DNA of 64,000 nucleotides from Escherichia coli (GTDB lineage Bacteria; Pseudomonadota; Gammaproteobacteria; Enterobacterales; Enterobacteriaceae): NCBI RefSeq assembly GCF_003334765.1, contig NZ_QOWT01000002.1; one strand, 5' to 3'. Shown piece by piece: positions 56,393 to 64,000 of this stretch (position 1 is its first letter; each line of letters starts with the position of its first letter). The notes under the pieces were generated by a model. It saw only the letters and a program-made list of their open reading frames with translations, ran no database searches and was not told where the DNA came from. The position numbers and the translations under genes were made by a program.

Positions 56393-57595
56393 TCAGACAG
56401 ATAAGGTCATGGACTCAACAACCTCAATCCAGCCATGCTCACTGGCGATATCCTGGCCGTTTAACCAACGGCGCAGCATATTCAGTGCCATCATTGCGCA
56501 CACTTCCTGACGGATAGCCAGGCTGTAGCGCGTAGTGCTGAAACGCACACGCAGAGCGAAAGTGCCGTCTGGCGTGGCTAGCGCAAAGTTGAGATGCTCG
56601 TTCTCGAAACCCGAAACAGCCAGTGCCAGCCCGGCAAAATGGTTGGCCCGCCGTTCTGTAATCCAGTGCGCAGTTTGCGCCAGGGTTTCCTCCTGTGAAG
56701 GAACCACTTCACACGCCAGCAATGGAGCACCTGCGCGAGAAAGTTGCAAAGCCAATAAACCACCGGTGAATTGCTCGCTCAACGTCAGGCTGAACTGGCG
56801 GTTTTGCAATTCGCGACTGATCTGCGCGGGCAGTCCTTCAGTGCCTTCGAAAATCACGCTCTGTCCGGCAACACGTTTAACATCCAGCCACAGTTTTTCC
56901 ATCGCCTGTTGCTCGCTTGCCGGTCCGGTGAGTTTCAGTTCGATGATAGGCATTGAGGAGCGATAGCCCATTGTTACGCCCGGCGGCAGTTGTAGAGTGT
57001 CCAGGCTTTGTGCCAGATCGCTTTCCGAACGACCAAAAGTAGTCAAACGCAGACAAACCGGCGGCTGCGGTAAAGAAAAACGCTCGCGCAGGCGCGGCAG
57101 GATTTCGTGCTCGACCATCACCTTAAATTCTGACGGTACGCCGGGAGTAAAGAACATCAGGCAACGATTAAGCTGCACGGCAAAACCACAGGCGGTGCCT
57201 ACCGGGTTATTGATAAATTCAGCACTGGCAGGCAGCTCCGCTTGTTTACGGTTGCTCGGTGCCATTACTCGTCCACGTTCGTGGAAATAGCGTTCCATCT
57301 CTTTGAGCCAGGCTTCATGCAGCACCAGGCCTTCACCTTTTGCTGTCGCAGCGGCGAGTGCGCTTAAATCATCGCTGGTCGGTCCCAGCCCGCCGTTAAC
57401 GATCAGCACATCGGCGTGCTGACTACGTTCGCGAAGAATGGTGACTAAGTCATCAAGGTTATCCCCCACCGTATTGCGGCGAGATAATGGCAACCCCTGA
57501 TGAAAGAAAAAATCGGCCAGCCAGGCAGCGTTAGTGTCAACGATTTGCCCGTGTAACACTTCATCCCCGGTGGATAACATTTCCACTTTTAACAT
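56393..57595 (-). CDS. yfaY: CinA-family protein (MoCF-binding domain + CinA C-terminal domain)
   Basis: 400 aa ORF MLKVEMLSTGDEVLHGQIVDTNAAWLADFF... Confidence 0.85.
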   Translation of the reverse strand: MLKVEMLSTGDEVLHGQIVDTNAAWLADFFFHQGLPLSRRNTVGDNLDDLVTILRERSQHADVLIVNGGLGPTSDDLSALAAATAKGEGLVLHEAWLKEMERYFHERGRVMAPSNRKQAELPASAEFINNPVGTACGFAVQLNRCLMFFTPGVPSEFKVMVEHEILPRLRERFSLPQPPVCLRLTTFGRSESDLAQSLDTLQLPPGVTMGYRSSMPIIELKLTGPASEQQAMEKLWLDVKRVAGQSVIFEGTEGLPAQISRELQNRQFSLTLSEQFTGGLLALQLSRAGAPLLACEVVPSQEETLAQTAHWITERRANHFAGLALAVSGFENEHLNFALATPDGTFALRVRFSTTRYSLAIRQEVCAMMALNMLRRWLNGQDIASEHGWIEVVESMTLSV

Positions 57596-57694
57596 GGTTA
57601 TCTCCTGCTTTTGTTATCGAATCACTATAACGCAAAGGGAGATAAGGCGTAGTAAGAAACTGAATGGCGCGACAGAATGCCGCGCCGGAAGGGA

Positions 57695-58237
57695 TCAGAA
57701 ACTGGCGTTAACCCCAACATACGGGCCGTCAGCCACGGCGTTGTCGCGGTTACCGTCTTTACCCGACAGATTCAGGTAGCGATAACCCGCCTCAATACTG
57801 ACTGGACGCATAATGGTGTAACGCGCGCCAGCATTCGCTTCTTCATAACTTTGAATACCGCTGGAGAGCGAATCCGGAGAGTAGTAATACTCGCCAAACA
57901 AACGGAAGCTGTTGCCAATTTTCCACTGCAAACCACCTCCTACCGCTGCGGCATAACCTTCATCGCCGTAATTCGGGTTGGTGTAAACGCCTTTTCCGCC
58001 AACGGTCGCCATTAACGGCCCGAGAGGCAGATTCAACCCCAGCCCCACGCCAGCGACATCACCGTCGTCGTCGTTATGTGTCCAGTTACCGCTTAACGCC
58101 AGGCCCGTCGTTTCAGTCCCAAAACCGACACCAATATTGGTGTATTCTTTACCCGCCTGACCGCTGATGCTCATTGCATTGACCGATGCAGAAACCAACA
58201 GCATTCCGGCCAGACCTGCTAGCGCAATTTTTTTCAT
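57695..58237 (-). CDS. yfaZ: Putative outer-membrane beta-barrel protein
   Basis: Start trimmed to MKKIALAGLAGMLLVSASVNA (180 aa); signal peptide, C-terminal ...GVNASF beta-barrel-like terminus. Confidence 0.85.
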   Translation of the reverse strand: MKKIALAGLAGMLLVSASVNAMSISGQAGKEYTNIGVGFGTETTGLALSGNWTHNDDDGDVAGVGLGLNLPLGPLMATVGGKGVYTNPNYGDEGYAAAVGGGLQWKIGNSFRLFGEYYYSPDSLSSGIQSYEEANAGARYTIMRPVSIEAGYRYLNLSGKDGNRDNAVADGPYVGVNASF

Positions 58238-58515
58238 TATCCCCTTTCCCACAAGCAATTAATCAAAATTCCCAAAGCTGCGGGATTGTACTGCCTGGCA
58301 CAGAGGATTCAATGAGCGAAAAAAAGGATCTAGTCACTTATTGTAACTAAATACTTCTTAAATAATTAAATGCCGAAAAAATAAACACACTTTATCGATA
58401 CACACAAAAATAATAATAAGTACAGTTATCATCGCAAAAGAGATTACTGTCACTTTCACATATTTGTGAGTTACCGTATTCTCATGGTTTCTTTTTATTT
58501 ATAAGGAATATCCCT

Positions 58516-58941
58516 GTGCGACAACGGACTATTGTATGCCCTTTGATTCAAAATGATGGTGCTTATTTGCTGTGTAAAATGGCCGACGATCGCGGCGTTT
58601 TCCCCGGTCAATGGGCGATTTCGGGTGGCGGCGTGGAGCCTGGCGAACGAATTGAAGAGGCACTACGCCGCGAAATTCGCGAAGAACTGGGAGAACAGCT
58701 GCTTTTGACAGAAATCACGCCGTGGACCTTCAGCGATGATATTCGCACCAAGACGTATGCAGATGGTCGCAAGGAAGAGATTTATATGATTTACCTGATT
58801 TTTGACTGCGTTTCTGCCAACCGAGAAGTGAAAATAAACGAAGAGTTTCAGGACTACGCGTGGGTAAAACCTGAAGATCTGGTGCATTATGATTTGAATG
58901 TCGCCACCCGAAAAACGTTACGTTTGAAAGGTCTTCTGTAA
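58516..58941 (+). CDS. nudI: Nudix hydrolase (nucleoside triphosphatase NudI)
   Basis: 141 aa ORF; Nudix box [24 protein letters not shown]. Confidence 0.9.
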
Positions 58942-58979
58942 CAATGATGACAGCCATTACTGGCTGTCAGATTGAAAAT

Positions 58980-59582
58980 TTAGTGGTTAACGAATTCCCC
59001 ATCCAGATAAACTTTGCCTTTTTCCACATGCATGACTAAACCATCCAGATAATCAGGTTTAAATGTCGCGTCACGCTTATCTTTAGCAATATATGTCAGG
59101 CAATGATTATGGGTGAAAATAACGATATTTTTATCAGGCGCTTTGCTTTGTAAGTCCTTAATTGCACTATAAATCTCATTACCGCACTGAAGAAGTCGTT
59201 TATCTACCGTCAATTTTTTACCCGCTGAAAACCAGGTAGCCGACTGAATGGTCCGGACGGTATTACTGGAATAAAGATCGAAATCAGGGATATCAGCACT
59301 AAAAGCGTTGCCCAGTTCACGGGCATCCTGGGTACCTTTAACCGTAATACCTGTTTTATCTGACAAGCATTGATTGGTTGAACGGTCGCAACGTTCAGCA
59401 TGACGAAACAAAACGACAACCGGGTGCTGCTGTGCCAGTCTGGCCAGTGTTTTATTGTCGATACGTGGCAAACCATTGCTACTCCAGGCGGCATGAGTAC
59501 CCAGTCCGGCAATTGCAGCGAGCGCCAGTAAAATGATGATATATTTTTTTGACTTCAACGAAGAGCGGCAAAAAGCTAACAC
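58980..59582 (-). CDS. ais: Lipopolysaccharide core heptose(II)-phosphate phosphatase
   Basis: ORF track 58980-59609; likely GTG start at 59582 giving 200 aa ([23 protein letters not shown]); histidine-phosphatase motif LFRHAER. Confidence 0.85.
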   Translation of the reverse strand: MLAFCRSSLKSKKYIIILLALAAIAGLGTHAAWSSNGLPRIDNKTLARLAQQHPVVVLFRHAERCDRSTNQCLSDKTGITVKGTQDARELGNAFSADIPDFDLYSSNTVRTIQSATWFSAGKKLTVDKRLLQCGNEIYSAIKDLQSKAPDKNIVIFTHNHCLTYIAKDKRDATFKPDYLDGLVMHVEKGKVYLDGEFVNH

Positions 59583-59774
59583 GTAAACTCCACCTATAGA
59601 CAAGCGCAACCAGACAATTACCGTGAAATTGAGCTACATTTCTGGCGATAATTCGCAGTTGGTGTAATATTAAAAATCCTACGATGTCGGCAAAATGCCT
59701 CAAAATTTTGCCAAATGCAAAGCCTAAATAAGAAAAAATATAAAAATTTCAATATTTACGTCTAATATTAGTTT

Positions 59775-59791
59775 CTTAAGGTTAAGTTAAT
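59775..59791 (+). promoter_or_regulatory. PmrA (BasR) box upstream of arnB
   Basis: CTTAAG-gttaa-GTTAAT direct hexamer repeats spaced 5 nt, about 80 nt upstream of arnB start. Confidence 0.7.
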
Positions 59792-59871
59792 ATTCTATCC
59801 TTAAAATTTCGCTCCAAATGGCAAAATATACACAACACTCTTTATAGCAAATATAAGTGGACAGGTATTCA

Positions 59872-61029
59872 ATGGCGGAAGGAAAAGCAATGTCAGAATT
59901 TTTGCCTTTTTCGCGACCAGCAATGGGCGTGGAGGAACTCGCTGCAGTTAAAGAGGTTCTCGAATCCGGTTGGATCACAACCGGTCCGAAGAATCAGGCG
60001 CTTGAGCAAGCTTTTTGCCAGTTGACGGGAAATCAGCATGCCATCGCGGTCAGTTCAGCCACCGCCGGAATGCATATCACGCTAATGGCGTTGAAAATTG
60101 GCAAGGGCGATGAAGTGATTACGCCTTCCCTGACCTGGGTTTCAACCCTCAATATGATTTCCTTGTTGGGTGCAACGCCGGTAATGGTGGATGTCGACCG
60201 CGATACGCTGATGGTCACGCCTGAAGCTATCGAGTCAGCCATTACGCCACGCACTAAAGCCATCATTCCGGTGCATTATGCCGGTGCGCCAGCAGATATT
60301 GACGCCATTCGCGCCATTGGCGAACGTTACGGCATCGCAGTTATCGAAGATGCTGCCCATGCCGTCGGTACGTATTACAAAGGGCGACATATTGGCGCAA
60401 AAGGTACCGCTATTTTTTCATTTCATGCCATTAAAAATATTACCTGTGCTGAAGGTGGCCTGATTGTAACTGATAATGAAAACCTTGCCCGCCAGCTACG
60501 GATGCTGAAATTTCACGGTCTGGGTGTCGATGCCTATGACAGACAAACCTGGGGCCGTGCACCGCAGGCTGAAGTCTTAACACCGGGCTATAAGTACAAT
60601 CTGACCGATATTAACGCCGCGATTGCCCTGACACAGTTAGTCAAATTAGAGCACCTCAACACCCGTCGGCGCGAAATTGCCCAGCAATATCAGCAAGCAC
60701 TGGCAGCTCTCCCCTTTCAGCCATTAAGCCTTCCCGCCTGGCCGCACGTTCACGCCTGGCATCTGTTTATTATTCGTGTCGATGAACAACGTTGTGGTAT
60801 CAGTCGCGATGCGTTGATGGAAGCGTTAAAAGAAAGAGGCATTGGTACCGGGTTACATTTCCGCGCCGCTCACACACAAAAATATTATCGCGAGCGTTTT
60901 CCCACGCTGTCGTTACCGAATACCGAATGGAATAGCGAACGCATCTGTTCTTTGCCGCTGTTCCCGGATATGACTACCGCCGATGCCGACCATGTCATCA
61001 CAGCCCTTCAGCAACTCGCAGGACAATAA
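59872..61029 (+). CDS. arnB: UDP-4-amino-4-deoxy-L-arabinose--oxoglutarate aminotransferase
   Basis: ORF track from 59857; start chosen at [23 protein letters not shown] (385 aa); PLP-dependent DegT family. Confidence 0.92.
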   Translation: MAEGKAMSEFLPFSRPAMGVEELAAVKEVLESGWITTGPKNQALEQAFCQLTGNQHAIAVSSATAGMHITLMALKIGKGDEVITPSLTWVSTLNMISLLGATPVMVDVDRDTLMVTPEAIESAITPRTKAIIPVHYAGAPADIDAIRAIGERYGIAVIEDAAHAVGTYYKGRHIGAKGTAIFSFHAIKNITCAEGGLIVTDNENLARQLRMLKFHGLGVDAYDRQTWGRAPQAEVLTPGYKYNLTDINAAIALTQLVKLEHLNTRRREIAQQYQQALAALPFQPLSLPAWPHVHAWHLFIIRVDEQRCGISRDALMEALKERGIGTGLHFRAAHTQKYYRERFPTLSLPNTEWNSERICSLPLFPDMTTADADHVITALQQLAGQ

Positions 61030-62000
<971 letters not shown>

Positions 62001-62001
<1 letters not shown>

Positions 62002-63983
62002 TGAAAACCGTCGTTTTTGCCTACCACGATATGGGATGCCTCGGTATTGAAGCCCTGCTGGCTGCCGGTTACGAAATTAGCGCCATTTTTACCCATACTG
62101 ATAATCCCGGTGAAAAAGCCTTTTATGGTTCGGTGGCTCGTCTGGCGGCGGAAAGAGGCATTCCGGTTTATGCGCCGGATAACGTTAATCATCCGCTGTG
62201 GGTGGAACGCATTGCCCAACTGTCGCCAGATGTGATTTTCTCTTTTTATTATCGCCATCTTATTTACGACGAAATTTTGCAGCTCGCTCCCGCAGGTGCA
62301 TTTAATCTGCATGGTTCGCTGTTACCAAAATATCGTGGTCGCGCGCCGCTGAACTGGGTGCTGGTCAACGGTGAAACGGAAACTGGCGTTACATTGCACC
62401 GAATGGTGAAACGTGCCGATGCCGGGGCCATTGTGGCGCAACTGCGCATTGCCATTGCGCCAGACGATATCGCTATTACGCTGCATCATAAATTGTGCCA
62501 TGCCGCGCGCCAGCTACTGGAACAGACATTACCCGCCATTAAACACGGTAATATTCTGGAAATCGCCCAGCGCGAAAACGAAGCCACCTGTTTTGGTCGC
62601 AGAACGCCGGATGACAGTTTCCTTGAATGGCATAAACCGGCATCCGTACTGCACAACATGGTACGTGCCGTTGCCGATCCGTGGCCGGGTGCCTTCAGCT
62701 ATGTTGGCAATCAGAAATTCACCGTCTGGTCGTCGCGTGTTCATCCTCATGCCAGCAAAGCACAGCCGGGGAGCGTGATTTCTGTTGCGCCACTGCTGAT
62801 TGCCTGTGGCGATGGCGCGCTGGAAATCGTCACCGGACAGGCGGGCGACGGCATTACTATGCAGGGCTCGCAATTAGCGCAGACGCTGGGCCTGGTGCAA
62901 GGTTCACGCTTGAATAGCCAGCCTGCCTGCACCGCCCGACGCCGTACCCGGGTACTCATCCTCGGGGTGAATGGCTTTATTGGCAACCATCTGACAGAAC
63001 GCCTGCTGCGCGAAGATCATTATGAAGTTTACGGTCTGGATATTGGCAGCGATGCGATAAGCCGTTTTCTGAATCATCCGCATTTTCACTTTGTTGAAGG
63101 CGATATCAGTATTCATTCCGAATGGATTGAGTATCATGTCAAAAAATGTGATGTCGTCTTGCCGCTGGTGGCGATAGCCACGCCGATTGAATATACCCGC
63201 AACCCGCTGCGCGTATTTGAACTCGATTTTGAAGAGAATCTGCGCATTATCCGCTACTGCGTGAAGTACCGTAAGCGAATCATCTTCCCGTCAACTTCAG
63301 AAGTTTATGGGATGTGTAGCGATAAATACTTCGATGAGGACCATTCTAATTTAATCGTCGGCCCGGTGAATAAACCACGCTGGATTTATTCGGTATCAAA
63401 ACAATTACTTGATCGGGTGATCTGGGCCTATGGCGAAAAAGAGGGTTTACAGTTCACCCTCTTCCGCCCGTTTAACTGGATGGGACCACGACTGGATAAC
63501 CTTAATGCAGCGCGAATTGGCAGCTCCCGCGCTATTACGCAACTCATTCTCAATCTGGTAGAAGGTTCACCGATTAAGCTGATTGATGGCGGAAAACAAA
63601 AACGCTGCTTTACTGATATTCGCGATGGTATCGAGGCGTTATACCGCATTATCGAAAATGCGGGAAATCGCTGCGACGGTGAAATTATCAACATTGGCAA
63701 TCCTGAGAACGAAGCGAGCATTGAGGAACTGGGCGAGATGCTGCTGGCGAGCTTCGAAAAACATCCGCTGCGCCATCATTTCCCACCGTTTGCGGGCTTT
63801 CGCGTTGTCGAAAGTAGCAGCTACTACGGCAAAGGATATCAGGACGTAGAGCATCGTAAACCGAGCATCCGCAATGCCCACCGCTGCCTGGACTGGGAGC
63901 CGAAAATTGATATGCAGGAAACCATCGACGAAACGCTGGATTTCTTCCTGCGCACCGTTGATCTTACGGATAAACCATCATGA
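62001..63983 (+). CDS. arnA: Bifunctional UDP-glucuronic acid decarboxylase / UDP-Ara4N formyltransferase
   Basis: 660 aa ORF; N-terminal formyltransferase, C-terminal NAD-binding decarboxylase ([12 protein letters not shown]). Confidence 0.95.
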
Positions 63984-64000
63984 CCAAAGTAGGCTTACGC
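63980..64000 (+). CDS. arnD: 4-deoxy-4-formamido-L-arabinose-phosphoundecaprenol deformylase, first 7 codons only
   Basis: ATGACCAAAGTAGGCTTACGC (MTKVGLR) with ATGA overlap onto arnA stop; identity inferred from operon context. Confidence 0.6.

Overview
This 64 kb window reads as an Escherichia coli-type chromosomal segment with K-12-like gene order, densely coding on both strands. Gene order: mqo (5' part, runs off window start) - yojI - alkB-ada - apbE - ompC / micF - rcsD-rcsB / rcsC - atoSC-atoDAEB - yfaP-yfaQ-yfaS-yfaT-yfaA - gyrA - ubiG - yfaL - nrdA-nrdB-yfaE - inaA - yfaH remnant - glpQ-glpT / glpA-glpB-glpC - rpnE(yfaD)-ypaA - rhmR-rhmD-rhmT-rhmA - yfaY - yfaZ - nudI - ais - arnB-arnC-arnA-arnD (5' tip). 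All calls come from reading the six-frame translations and recognising the proteins from memory; no database search was run. Gene starts were trimmed from the ORF track where the recognised N-terminus and the known protein length agreed. My own line-counted coordinates for small sites may be off by 1-2 nt. The most interesting locus is the five-gene, all-exported alpha-2-macroglobulin-like cluster yfaA-yfaT-yfaS-yfaQ-yfaP (21335-30612), in which yfaS is one uninterrupted 1539-codon frame; its function is unknown. Second is the rpnE(yfaD)/ypaA locus (50866-51963), where a ~185 bp tandem duplication of the rpnE 3' end creates the free-standing ypaA ORF and preserves a strong internal SD+ATG inside rpnE. 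The rest is well-known housekeeping, envelope-stress, glycerol-3-phosphate, rhamnonate and lipid A modification genes with recognisable regulatory sites and REP/BIME repeats. No CRISPR array, rRNA, tRNA, IS element or prophage was seen.
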